Shown piece by piece: positions 38,101 to 50,590 of a DNA stretch of 64,000 nt. The stretch's first letter is position 1; each line of letters begins with the position of its first letter. The translations under genes and the position numbers were made by a program. Under the pieces are notes generated by a model. That model was not told the origin of the DNA, did no database searches, and saw only the letters and a list, made by a program, of their open reading frames with translations. This DNA comes from Rhina ancylostomus (taxonomy: Eukaryota): contig JARFYF010000029.1 of assembly GCA_030265395.1 (NCBI GenBank), positions 17,285,990 to 17,349,989 of the forward strand, read 5' to 3'.

Positions 38101-39439
38101 TGCCAGCCATGCCATAAGGCACAAATGTGAATGGTTCTGCCAGTGGTGCTCTGCAGGTGGCCTTTGAGGTGTGCACTAGAGTGACCTGGGTTAACTTACC
38201 TCCTGTACCTAAATATCACAGATTTAGATTAGTTCTTGTGCTGCAGACTATTGACTTTAGTTAATATATATAGATCTTACTCATCATGCATGGTCAAACA
38301 ACTTAAATTTGTTCTTCATTTGGTTATATTAGCATTAGAAGGACTATCTATTCAAACAGCTTATTCAAGATTTTCTTTGGTTCACTTTTGGCTTTCACCT
38401 TTGGCTCCTGCTTTTAACATTAGTTTTCGAATGCTTAAATCAAGTTCACACTCATTGCTAACTCAAAAGATAACTACTCTGAAATGTGTGATATTTGTGC
38501 TCAGCTGGAGGTCTCCAGGGTCCCTATTCATCTTTTCTTTATCCCAATATTAAAGTCAAATGAGACTGATTATTTGTGCTTGGATTCTTGCTCACATCTC
38601 CTCATGTAAGCTACAAGGGTTTACTGCTGGACCGGGATATTGTATTTTGCCTAATATTGAGGTACACTCTTAAGTTATGTGCTCAGGGAAATGGTGTTGC
38701 TAAATGGTTTAGTAATAGGAGGTATACTTTGGAATAGGATATCCTGGGCACTGAATGCAATCAGAAAAATACACAATTGACATTTTTGCTGCTGAAGAAT
38801 CTCTTTAAATAAATCCAAAACAATAAAAAAAATTTGAGATATGTCTCTGCTGTAAAAAAAACAAATTTCTTTGGTTACAAAATATGTTATCCTTAACTTT
38901 TATTACAAATTTGAAAATGTAATTATTCTGTTTGCACAATTTTTCACTTTACTGCATTTGGCTGGTGTGTATAAATGCATCAACTCAATGCGAGTGAGGC
39001 AAAGTAGCATCTCTTCTAATTTGAAGCAAAGTGAAAATAAAAAAAGATGCCTCCACTATAATTTGCATTAAATTATGTACATTCATTTAAATTTAAGTTG
39101 TGGGTAACTTTTCATTTCAGAAATAACAGCAAATTAAGCTCCTCCTCCTAGCCTTGATTCAGACATTTTAGATTTCTAGAAATCAGACTTTTTTTTTGAC
39201 CATTGTGGGTATTTAAACTTTTGGGCTGGCACTATATGTATTTACTTGCTACTAAAGTCTTTCATTTGGGCTTTAATTAAATGTATTTAACCAAATTTGT
39301 GTTGTGTATTTCATTGACATGATAGTTATATTGAATAAACATGCTATGGTATACCATACAGTAAATGAAAATGTTATAAAATGTTAAGTGTAGATGTGTG
39401 TCTCTTCAAGATTACCTAACTGCTGCTGGCTACAAAACA

Positions 39440-39960
39440 CAAATGCCAGCCAATGACCATTTCCAACAAGAGTTTAATCACCTCCCTTCACACTCAACAA
39501 CATTACCCAGGTCAAATTCCTCCACTGTTGAGGTTTACTATTGACCAGAAACTTAACTGGATCAGCCGTTAACTTAATGTCAAGCAGGTTAGAGGATGGG
39601 TGTTTTGTATCCAGGAATCCACCTTCCACTTTCCTCCACTACCAGCACACCATAGCTGGAGAGCTGAGTGTGCATTGCAGAAATGTAGCAAGCCTACTTT
39701 GACAGCACTGTCCAAACTCCAGAGCCTTAGGGCCAAGAAGAACAAAGACAGCACATGTCTGGAAAAGTTGAAGCTTTTCTCCAAGTCACATACCATTGCT
39801 GACCCAAGCCAACCCATCACTGCTCAGTAGCACAGGGTGAGGATCATAATGTCACCACATGGACTGCAGCAATTCCAGAATACTATGACTTATGAAGGAT
39901 GATTAAGGATGGGCATAAATGCTGGTCACTGAGAATCCCTCATCCTTGAACAAATTAAAC
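39440..39960 (+). mobile_element. LINE 3' fragment (family of 1590-2115)
   Basis: caatgaccatttccaacaagag...attgaccagaaacttaactggatcagcc...ctccaagtcacatacca...taaggatgggcataaatgctgg. Confidence 0.75.
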
Positions 39961-39974
39961 AAAAGACTTCATGA

Positions 39975-40520
39975 AAGATTTTAGAGAAGTTACGTGTATT
40001 TAAGAAAGTTTTAAAAGGTGGGGATGAGAGTAGAGAGACAGTATAATTTGGGAGGGAGTTTCAATGAGGAACTGAAGGTGGATTTGAAGGAGGAGATTAC
40101 ACAAAGAGGCTACACAAGAAGAAATATAAGGCTGAAAACCTTGTTAAGGTAATATGGGGTGAGACAATGATGACAAAGGTGTTAAATATGATCAGTAAAG
40201 GGATGACATCTGTTGTACCACTAAGGATGGGGAGAAAAAAATGCCAGGTCCAGAATGGGATAGACGCAGTCAAGTTTTGGATGGTTTGGTATTGGAAACT
40301 GGAGGTTGGGAGGGCAGCAAAGAAGTCAAAGGAAAAATCAAAATGAACGCTTGGGTAAGACTTTAAGTAGCAGAGTTGATAAAGTGGGGCAGAGGGGACG
40401 AAGCATGGAACAAATTTTGACGATGGACAGGAATCAGATTTTCAAAGCTCAGCCAGGGCAGAATAAAATCCTGAGGTTGTGTACAATCTGGTTCAGGCTA
40501 ATGAGCAGCTGAGCTCAATG
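39975..40520 (-). mobile_element. Decayed L2 LINE fragment
   Basis: Purine-rich reverse-strand L2 pattern, cagtcaagttttggatgg, gttgtgtacaatctggttcagg. Confidence 0.5.
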
Positions 40521-42734
40521 GCAAGAACAGAATTTTTGATTCACTAAGTTTCTTTTAAAAATGCTCTGTTAACATTTCATAAATCCTTATTCATAAATCC
40601 CCAGACTATAAACCCCGCCACTCAATAATATTATTGTAATTCATCTGACATCCAATTACAAGAGAAAATAGATTTACATTCCCTTGACTTCTAATTTGGA
40701 CAGCACATGAACGGAAATAGCTGTGTGTCCTAATGTCATGTAATATAGCTTCATCATTAAGAGCAAAGGCACTCTTAAAGTCTGGTTGTTTTAATGACCA
40801 AGACAATTCCGCTTTGAGTGTCGAATGAAATTAATGTTTCTTGCTGGATCTTCGAAGTTAATAATTAGTCCTAATAATTAACTCGAGATGCCAGGAAACA
40901 TGTCCATAATTACGTGCGCGAACGCCACTTACTTTAGTTTGCCCCTATAACTCGATCACTTAATACACCATTTCGTAAAGTTGTTTTTATTTCAATCTTC
41001 TGCTGTGCAGTTGTCCTCCTGATGAATCAAACATCAGTCAGATGGCAAAGAGACCGCCAGTCGCTTCTTAACTGTCCATATCGTCGTCCACATACAACCA
41101 TAAAAGCTCATCGTTCTGTGACTCTAACAACACATATACTGGTACGGTCATTATTCTGGTACCTATCTGGTAAAATAATTGGAAGAAAGAAGTCGCACAC
41201 CTGGTCTTGGACATGCGAGCAATTCGGATCGCACATTCACAAATCCGTGCCATTTCTGTGACACCGTGCAACTTAAAATGAAAAGTTCTGAATTTCAATG
41301 AAATATCTCCATACGTTGTCATGTTTGGTACTAAATTGGCGGAACTGTTACACCCGTCCCCACAGGTTTTCTCGTTACCACGTTGAAGTTTGTCGACATG
41401 AACAAGTTTTGATGCGATCAGAAATGTACATGGCTTATAGGTGACGCGATTTCGTTGGCTCTTCCTGCTCCTATAAACAGGACGGGAGCGCAGGGAGTGG
41501 ATTGCAGCTCGCGTTTCTTGAGAAGTAACTACTAAATGCTGCCCGAATGCTACGCAAGTAATGTCAGGTCCCATTGAGGAAAATGCAGAAAAGAGAAAGT
41601 GATATTGTTTTGATCGATGTATTCAGGAGAATAAGAAAAAACATTTCATTGGGAAGTTGTTCTCAGTGTAGCTTCTCGGAAATGAAGCGGTTAATATTTA
41701 GAAGTAGAAGTAGTCCAAGTCTGTTCAGACCGGCTGTGAAACTTGCTGAATACGGTGGGGGGGGGGGGGGGGGGGGAAAAAATTTTAAACAAACTGGATG
41801 TGTTTTCTGAATTGATGCGGCTTGCCAGCGGCGCTAAACACGTTGCATTAAAATGCCTACAATAACAACATCCTAGAATAACGCCAAATTACAGCAGTTA
41901 GTCTTTGATAAACAGCAGATCCACCATTACCATGACCTTCACACAAAACAAGCTGAGCGCTCCGCACAAACTCAAATGTTTTGAGATTTTGAAATATCTT
42001 ATTCAAAATAAGGCAGGTTATGGATAAGGGCAGAGTGTCCTCCATTCTAACCCGTTGCACAGGCATCGGCAGTCAGAAGAGAAAGGTTTGCTTTCTGGAC
42101 CCAGCCTGAGGTTCAACTAATGAGGGCGATGAAGATGAGTAAATGGTTTTAACCAGAGAGTGCTGTCCCTTCCTCCCAACTTTAAACAGGAGCTTTGAAG
42201 TTAATGAGTCTTCAGAAACAGAACTTTACACACGGAAGCAGAAGAGACCAAAGACCAGGTATCGACTGGACTACAAGTGTGTGTCCGTATTTGCAAATGC
42301 CTCACTTGTGAATTACTTTCCCATTTATCTGTGTTATCTGGTTTAAATAAGAGAGCGCCACCTTAGGACGTGGAGCCATATCGAACCCCCTTCTGGCGGG
42401 ATTCTTCAGCAGGACCGACACAGATTAATCCCACCTGAATCCCGGAATACAGAATGTCAGTAAGAACAATGACAACGTGGGTTGTATCTAATACTGACAA
42501 AATAGTTCTCCCAACAATCAATAAAGAGCCTAACCTCTGTGGCACTGGTTGTCTGTACTCCTCGAGGTCGCAGGCGATTTCCTCCACGCCACTTCCCTGG
42601 GTTCTGGGTTTCGGAAGCGTCCTGTAGAGCCACGGGAAGTATGCAATCATCTTAAATTACAGTTCAGTTTGGACTTGACGTATCCTCACACGGACGTCAA
42701 CTCGGAAAAGCAGTTTTCCTCCAGTTTAGTCTGA

Positions 42735-42992
42735 GTCAACATAATCTGACACAAGTCCTGACAGAATGCTCTACGTGTGCAGGTGGCATGTTTGAGATGA
42801 GGTGTCAGACCTTGATCACGTTGGGTAGTGGGGGTCCCGCATTTCAGGAGGCTCCTCAAAAGCCGCGACCAATATTTATCTCTGGAGTAATATTACCGAN
42901 NNNNNNNNNNNNNNNNNNNNNNNNNNNNNNNNNNNNNTAAAGTGTTTTGGGGATGGGAAAGGTGCTATCCGAACACGCAAGTTCTTTCCTTC
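42735..42992 (+). mobile_element. Deu-domain SINE remnant
   Basis: tttgagatgaggtgtcagacc...gaccaatatttatc...taaagtgttttgggg...aaaggtgctat...gcaagttctttc (Deu core and L2-type tail). Confidence 0.6.
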
Positions 42993-45574
42993 GGAATGAC
43001 CGCAGCGCCGTGTTTTACAGCAACTGCACCATTAAAGAAATTGTTCTAGACAAAACGTATTGAATAGAACGGTTCATTTGTCAAAGTTGCCCTCAACAAT
43101 GAGCGCGACCTCGGTTATAACAAATTCTGAATTTAAACCAGCCTTTGTTTGAGCGCCTCCGGGTCCACTGGATGTTTCTTGGTATCAGTAGAACAGCTCG
43201 AGTCACAAAAATAGGAGTTAGATACCGCGAATGTCGAATTCTACCCTACTCCTTAACGCCCAATAAATATTTCCCGATAAATGAGGAATGCCATTATTTA
43301 TTTTGTGAAGTACACTCAAAGCGGAATTGTCATATCAGACTATTATGGTCATACTTTCCAATAATGACCTTCCCCTTTTAAAAATACCAGGGATTACAGG
43401 ATTAAAACTCCCCAGTCGGAATGGGCTAAACAGCCATCTCAGGATTATTGCCCTGGAACACTATTCCATCGCACCTGTTCCTTCAGCATCTTCCTTGTCA
43501 CTATGAAGACACAGAACGCGGAATGTGATGCTTTGGAGAGCTGCCGGCTTTTCACTATTGTTTCAACGTAACAAACTGCGGAAGGAAAATAAACAGCCTT
43601 AGTTCGTGCTTTGATCCAAACAAGAAATCCTTCTGAATGTGCGGCTCATCCTCGCCATTTCAAAACCATCCTCTTGTTCGTTAACTCCTTTCGACACAAA
43701 TAAAATCCCAACATTAGTTTACGGCAGAGATAAGACTAAACTGAGAAACATGCCGATTCTTGTACACTAAATACACAAAGTTACTTATTACTTGTTTATC
43801 TGATGAATTCATTGTATCAGCAACTTTGTTTAAACCTGCCGAGAATCAATAATTGCAGCATTTGTATTATTTAAGAATCATTCATTTGGCAGAAGTGAAA
43901 CGCAGCCTTTTACACAGCTCGTCGGAGGACATAGATTTGAAATGTACTTAGATTAGAGATCCAACAAATATCGCTTCTCCAAAATGTAATTGAAGGAATT
44001 AAAACAAATGTGATAAAGAAATTCCACTGGCGTTGTCTCTTTTTAATTGAAACGTTACATACTGCCGAATTATTGAACAATAGATAAAGGCCGTCGTTCA
44101 CGGGCCAGTTAATAACTTTGCATAACCTGCACAAAATGGAAGAGTCGGGAACATTGAAAGATAAATTGGAGTAATGTTACATTTAGTGAGATTAATATAA
44201 ACTAATTGATTCACCAAGGGATATGTTTGTTTCTCGGTGCAGGGCAAATGTATTTTTTTAACTTAATGCAGGAAGATCAATCTTTTGCAAAAGATCCAAT
44301 AACAGTATTGGGACAGGTCTTCACAGAATGTATTTGTTTATTTCGCAATGGCGTGCGGCTTGCATGTACATGTGAAGACCTGACTTGTTTGGAGTCTTAG
44401 AATGCCCCCGAATGTTGCACATGTACATAAACACAGTTTGATATGGGGCTACTCTTGTAAGGTAGAAAGCAACATGACAATTAGTTAAGGGTCTGAATGA
44501 CCCATATATGGTCATCTCAAATGGTCAAGGAGCGAGGCACCGGTGAAACTTGGTGCATTTGTTTTTAAGTACATACCAATATCAATATGTATTATGACAT
44601 GTTTATATCCACATAGATGTGAACTAAAATTATGTTTGAATATTGCAGCAGTAGATGTGTGTGCTTATACAGGTAGGCACAGGTATAATGTGCATGCCTG
44701 TGTATTGACAAAATGTTTCTGCTTATACATGTGTGTTGATGTGAGAGTACCTGCACAATATATTACAGAATAACATGATAATACACTTAACAATTGGCTA
44801 TTGTCAGAGATTCATTTGAAAAAATAATAAACTCAACGTCTGTGTGCTCGAATAAACACTGTTCACATAACCACGAAAGTAATTAGAGAACTCACTCTTC
44901 TCCGAAGAGCGTTCGAAAGGGGCTTAAATTTGTCGCAAAGTTGTTCAAGCGACTTAGAATCGATCAGTCAAAAAAATGAACGACATTGTGGCAAAAACAG
45001 GTAAATCTGAGTTTGTTCCGCGTTGGCGTTCACCTTGTTAGACAGTGTGCCACAATTCTATGAATAGATTAGTTGCATTCTCCCGTCCCGGGGTAATTTA
45101 AAAGCATCAGATAAAGATTTCAACCAACGATATCAAACTAGTGAATCAAAAAAGAGCTGAACCAGGGCGGGGTGCAAACTCGGCTCCGGGGTCTGGACGA
45201 GGGAGATAACTGGACTATCTGGGCAATGTTGGAAATGTGGTTGCGTGGAGGACAGTGTACATGGCGAAGTGATGGCCTGGGGATTCGTAATGTTGAAGGG
45301 TTGTTATTTAATTCTCTTTATCTGCTTCATTTGCCCATTCTTTTCTGTTTCGTGTCCTTACTGGAGAAGAAAGTGGCCAACGTTAACATAGCACCAACAG
45401 CAAAGTACACCGAAACTTGAAACCTTACCCCTTTTGCAAATGTAATCGTGATAAAATGTATCAATACTAACTCTCTGTCCCTACAAGATGGTTAATTAAG
45501 TGTTAGCACTAATAGGACATCTGTTTTATCGTGAATTGCTTGAATTTCCATGTGAGATCGGGGGCAGTCCCGCT

Positions 45575-45760
45575 TTAAGGCGCTAACCTGTCACTGGGCT
45601 GCGCGCAGGGCGGCGGGAAGCGGCAGTGCGCAGGCGCGGCTCCCTGGCTCAGGTAGCAGCGCTGAGCCGCGTTTAGTTGGAGTCGGCGAGCGGCGCCCTG
45701 CGAATCGCCTCTGCTCGTCACACGGGAGGCGGAGGGGAGGACAGTGTCTCCTGCCACAAA
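45575..45760 (+). promoter_or_regulatory. CpG-island core promoter
   Basis: Highest GC/CpG density in the window; GC box-like agggcggc (45607), E2F-like ggcgggaa (45612), NRF1-like TGCGCAGGCGC (45627-45637). Confidence 0.75.
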
Positions 45761-46830
45761 GATCGAACTGTAACGACTCGAACTTCCACTGATCCGAAGG
45801 GGAGAGAGAGGAATCGCGCCAGTTAGATCAGTTAAACAAAAAGTTGCTGCAAACTCCTCCGAGACTTGGCAGAAGTTCTCATCCTCAGCCCCCGGTGCAC
45901 CTCGGAGCTAAAGCCGGAGCCGGCTGCCAGTGACCGTCAACGGAAGGCAATTCCTTCAGCGTTGGATGTGTTACTTTGTCGAACTGAGGGGTGCGTGTGT
46001 GAACCAAACAGGGAGCCGAGTGATCGCAGCTCGGTGCTTTGGAAGGAGGGATTGAATAGGTTTGTTGTAGCTGCAAAGGGGCTGCCTGAGACAAAGCGGC
46101 ATCGGCGAGAGAAGGGACTTTGTGGGCGCCGGGTGAGCTCTTCCGAGTGGGTTCACGCGTTCCACATCTATCCTCTCCAGTTCATGTGACAGCCGACCGT
46201 GAAATGGCTGCGCCGCGGTGCCACCGAGCCAGGCTCTGACAGGCGAGTGTGACAGGCTGAAACCCCCGCAACTGCGCCGAAGTGATGAAGTGACACTCGA
46301 CTTGAAAAGAAATTGGCGCTGCTCCTCAGACATCGTGCAAGGCCGAAAGGAAGGTACAGTATTCATGAAACTTAAAATACAAGATTCAAAGCTCGAAAAG
46401 CCAAAACGCTAACCTGTAATAAGGCAGAAGTGGGATAAAGGGGCTTCAGGACGGAAAGTATCAGATTTGGAGGAAAAACAAATAGCCCACAGTAGGAAGG
46501 GACAGAGATTGGGCGAATGCGTGCAAGGGGGAAGTGAGAACAAGAGCTGTTGGAAGTGGTGGCAGAGAAGCGCGGATTTCGATGCGCTGGTTTTGCTCTG
46601 GAGTTATGGCTCTAAACCTGAAAGAGTTTCAATAACAGGTGCAACATGCTCACACAAGCCAGCTCCAGCCCTCTTACTGTCTCGGAATCCTGAGAACCAA
46701 CTGCTCCGTGCTGACTCCGTGGGCATCTTCATCCTAAGAGTTTTATTGCCAACCAATACACTGCTTTCCAAGAAAAGAATTCTGATTGGCTTCAAGAGCC
46801 TGGAAATTTCCCAGTAACTCGGAGCTGAAA
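45700..46830 (+). other. Probable long 5'UTR of first exon (start site unknown), putative WNT5B
   Basis: Repeat-free CpG-rich stretch between the promoter core and the ATG/donor at 46831-46842; contains several short upstream ORFs. Confidence 0.5.
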
Positions 46831-46836
46831 ATGCAG
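46831..46836 (+). CDS. WNT5B: Two-codon coding part (Met-Gln) of first exon, putative Wnt-5b
   Basis: gaaaATGCAG|GTGAGT: A at -3, consensus donor, in-frame TGA upstream at 46783-46785. Identity is inferred from ERC1-WNT5B synteny and from WNT5A, whose long-isoform exon 1 encodes only Met-Lys; no Wnt domain exon lies in the window. Confidence 0.55.
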
Positions 46837-49099
46837 GTGAGTGTGCCGGTCCCCTCCGGTCTGTTGCTTTTAATGAAGATTCAAACACGAATGAATGAAC
46901 ATTGGTATGTTATTCCTGCCAGTTGTTTGCACTTGACAAGAGAATGTTACAGGATGGATGCAGTATTGTTCTCCGGCTATGCTGGTGTTTATTTTTACTA
47001 CGCTGGGAGATGTGTGTTTGCAGAGTTGAAACAGAGCATTGATAAGATGTCTTTCTCCCTCAACCCAACTACTTTACCTGTCGCTTCACTCCATTTAATT
47101 CTACAATTTCCCCAAAGAATGCCATTTTACGTTTTGTCTCTAACTATTTCTATGGTCGTTTTGTGTCTGTGCTCACTACTTCAGAAATTATTGGGGAAGT
47201 GCTTCATCCGAACTGTAGTCAGCTGAGGCGGAACGGGAGCCCCGAGAAAGCAATCATCAGTTTTAGTGAAATGCAATTGCACTGCAGCCGCGCCGTTAAA
47301 AACTTTCCTTGTCCAATCCACAATATATGGCTTGCCTTTATAAAGCAGTTATCTTCTTGTTCCATACATTCGTTCTGATATTTCATGTAATTTTTAAACG
47401 TTTGGCCCATCCGCGAATAAACTTTTACAAGTACTGCTTGTTAGCTTTTACCTAGTTTGAACTTCGCTGCAAAGTACATAGTCTGGCAGTTCCCTTTACC
47501 AAAGTATCTGCCGATAAAGCCCAGTTCTCATTTGGAAGGAATTTGGATCCACGAAGACGTTCTTCACTGCCTACCCCCAAAATCTACGATTGTTGAAAGA
47601 CCAAATATTGAGAGGGAAAATGTTTAAATGGAAGAAGCCAGTTTCTTCTGGGAAACTGATTTGACACATGTGCCTTCCATCTGTAATGTCGCAGCCGTTG
47701 GTTGGCTGCGAGGGGCGAGGCAGCCTGTGCTTGTGTTGGCTGGATGGTCCGAGAACATTAAAATACGGCACATTTAGATTAAAACGCTGGAACACTGGAC
47801 TGACGGACGTTCTCTGCCGGCTTCAATGACCGGGATACGATTCCATGAAATTGATCCCCCCCGTGTGTGTATGTCGGGGAGGCCCAGGGTGGTTTTAATG
47901 ACCTCCCCCTATCTCAGATGTAGCGGCTGTTTCCTTGTTTGGGGGAGGGTAGAAAGGGGAATCGCCCTGCAATGTGCCGGGACCAGGCCGTGGCTCCAGC
48001 ACATTTTCCGGCTGACTAAAGTGCTCTGTGAAGAAATTTAAACAAAAACATACCGAGCTCTGGAATAGCGCTCACAAAATGTCGCAGAGCGCGGAGAAGG
48101 GCCACTCCCGACAGTTTGGGAAAGATGGATCTCAAAAACTTTCCATGGAGCCTTTGTAATGAAACACGTTAAACCGGTGCTGAGTGTGTGTGAGAGTAAA
48201 GCGGTGATCAGATTTACACGGTCATTTGTGTATTTACCAAATAATCAGAGAACGCTGAATAACTTCGATTCTGGTTAAAGTAATGTTTTAATGCAATTCA
48301 ATATTCTTTCAACCATTAAAGTGAACGTCATAAATCACTTTAATTTCTTTTTAAAGGCGGCAGAAGGCATTTCCCGACGTGTGGTTCCACACTAACCCAA
48401 GATAGGTGAAGCGTGGAGGTACTTTAAATGCTTCAGATGAAGTCAATAAAGGGGATGATGTTGCCTGGTATTGTTGATTAAAACCAGATCTGCGTTAAGC
48501 CAGATAGGGGCCCAGATCCAAACTCGACCTCCTTCATTTCTCTCGCGAAGAAAGGGCTTCCCTTTCCCGGTGCACCGCTTTGCCTCCGCAATGCGCCGTT
48601 CTGTTACAGCCCGGGAGCGCGGTGAGCATAAATTAAGGAACTTCTGAAAGGGGCAGAAGGAGAAATTGGTGGTGCCGGAGTGTTTGCACAATTTATCTCC
48701 CACACGGTTCCCACTCACTATTCATCACTATAATTAAAAACATATGGCAAACTAATCTTATTGAATCTAATTATTCTGATTTGCGCCCAATTGAATTTTT
48801 TATCTGCCAAAGAGATCACAGGCTATCTCCAGTGTCTTTTAGAGATGGTTAAATTTGCCTCATCTGTTGGCAATTTTCATGTACCGTATCGTGCCTATCT
48901 TGGAACTATTATCGACGATTTAACAACATATTTTGTCAACAGACAAAATTTAAAATGGGTAAAGTGGTCGATGCAATTGCAAAACAAGTCGTTCGACATC
49001 AGACACTTTCTATGGAGTAAAAGTGAATTAGCAGTCCTTAATCGGAGAACTTTGAGTTAGAACATTTCCGGAGAACTATTGGCTAGTCAGATTCGCATC

Positions 49100-49770
49100 A
49101 GTGATAAAATAATGAGTCTCCATTAAAGGAGAATATAGAAACTATCTAGCAATCAAACATGTGAGAATAAATAGTCAGAGCATGGATCTCAAAGGGGGAG
49201 TCTTGTCTGACCAACGGAGATTACAAAATGAATAGATACGGGTGATATGAGAGATGCAATTTACCCAGATTTCGATAAGGTCTTCGCTAAGGTTCCATGT
49301 CAGACACCAATGAATAATACGAGATCAAGATGACTGAAAGTGGAAAGTGATGTCTGTAAGGAATCAATGCTAAGGCCACTGTTTGTGATTTACATTAATA
49401 CATGGACTTTAGATTCAAGGTCGCATTTTTAAAAATTGTGCCGTAGTGAAAAGGTAAGAGGTCTTCAAAAAGCTACAGCAGTGAACTTGGCTCTAATAAT
49501 TGGAATATAGTTTTTGGAGAAAAGTCATATTTGGAAAGTACGAATGAAAATGGAAACGAGAAAAGGATCTCAGAGTGCAATTACACAAAACCACTACAGC
49601 ATGTCAATGCAGGTTAAAAATGCCAATTCAAACCCAAACACAAAACCTATGGTTCTAGAGGGTTAGAATTGAGGCAGAGAACTTGGAACAAAACTTGTTC
49701 GCCTATTCGTAAAACCGATGTAGGGACATCAGAGGTTGCAAACAAGATTTACAAGGATAGCACCAGAAAT
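49100..49770 (+). mobile_element. Highly decayed CR1 RT fragment
   Basis: gatttcgataaggtcttcgctaaggttccat (DF.KAFDKVPH), aaggaatcaatgctaaggccactgtttgtgatttacattaat (QGSVLGP.LF.IYIN). Confidence 0.7.
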
Positions 49771-49794
49771 TTAATGCTAAGTTAAATACGTGGG

Positions 49795-50185
49795 ATAAAA
49801 CCAGAAAATACTGGCAACACTTAATGAGATCGGAAATGGAAAACAAAATGGAGGGAACGTTTCAGGTCGAACACCCTTCCTCAGAACGGGGAAAATCAGA
49901 AAATAAAGTCAGTTTTAAAACGATGTGGCGTCTTCGACCTGCTACGTTAACTGTTTCACTTNNNNNNNNNNNNNNNNNNNNNNNNNNNNNNNNNNNNNNN
50001 NNNNNNNNNNNNNNNNNNNNNNNNNNNNNNNNNNNNNNNNNNNNNNNNNNNNNNNNNNNNNCGTCTTCGACCCGCTAAGTTAACTGTTTCACTTTCCACA
50101 GATACTGCCTGACCTGCTGGTTGTTTCCAGAATGTTCTGTTTTTATGTAAGATTTCCAGCATCTGCAGTTTTTGTTTTGATTTTT
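49795..50185. mobile_element. Penelope-derived palindromic element spanning a gap
   Basis: cagaaaatactgg...aacgtttcaggtcga left arm; tccacagatactgcctgacctgctg...agatttccagcatctgcagt right arm. Confidence 0.75.
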
Positions 50186-50199
50186 CGATTAACTGAGAA

Positions 50200-50590
50200 C
50201 TGAGAACAAAGCTGGAGTTGGGGAGGTGGTGATCTAATACAGGTTTTCAGTCACAATGCTTTGACAGAGTCGATGACAATGTTTCCATTGAGTAACACCC
50301 GAAACCATTAATTGAGCAACGGCCCCACAAATCAAACGGAATCCAGAAGAAATGTGTCCACTCAGATACTGGGGTTAGTGTGAACTTGCTGCTGTAGGAA
50401 GCGGCTGAACCAACAGTAATGATGCATTTGAGGAAAGTAGATAAGCAAATAAGGGACAAAAGAATAGAAGGTCCCGCTGTTGGAGTTGGATGGGGCGGGA
50501 GGTGGACCCGGAGGCTTAGAAATGTAGGGGCATGGTCTTCAGACAATAGCCCGATTCAGTGCTCCATATCTTATGTCATTCTGTGAAAGT
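50200..50590 (+). mobile_element. CR1 3' end, continuation of 49100-49770
   Basis: ggtgatctaatacaggtttt...gtccactcag...gatgcatttgaggaaagtagataag. Confidence 0.55.

Noticed and set aside
41068-41574. 168-aa minus-strand ORF
   Set aside because: No recognisable domain or splice context; expected by chance in the CpG-retaining region.
41757-41776. Poly-G run (and poly-C near 56030-56047) as functional G-quadruplex
   Set aside because: Simple homopolymers of unreliable length in a draft assembly; no other support.
46786-47226. 146-aa ORF as a single-exon gene
   Set aside because: It reads through a consensus splice donor after MQ into T-rich intron-like sequence; no known protein similarity.
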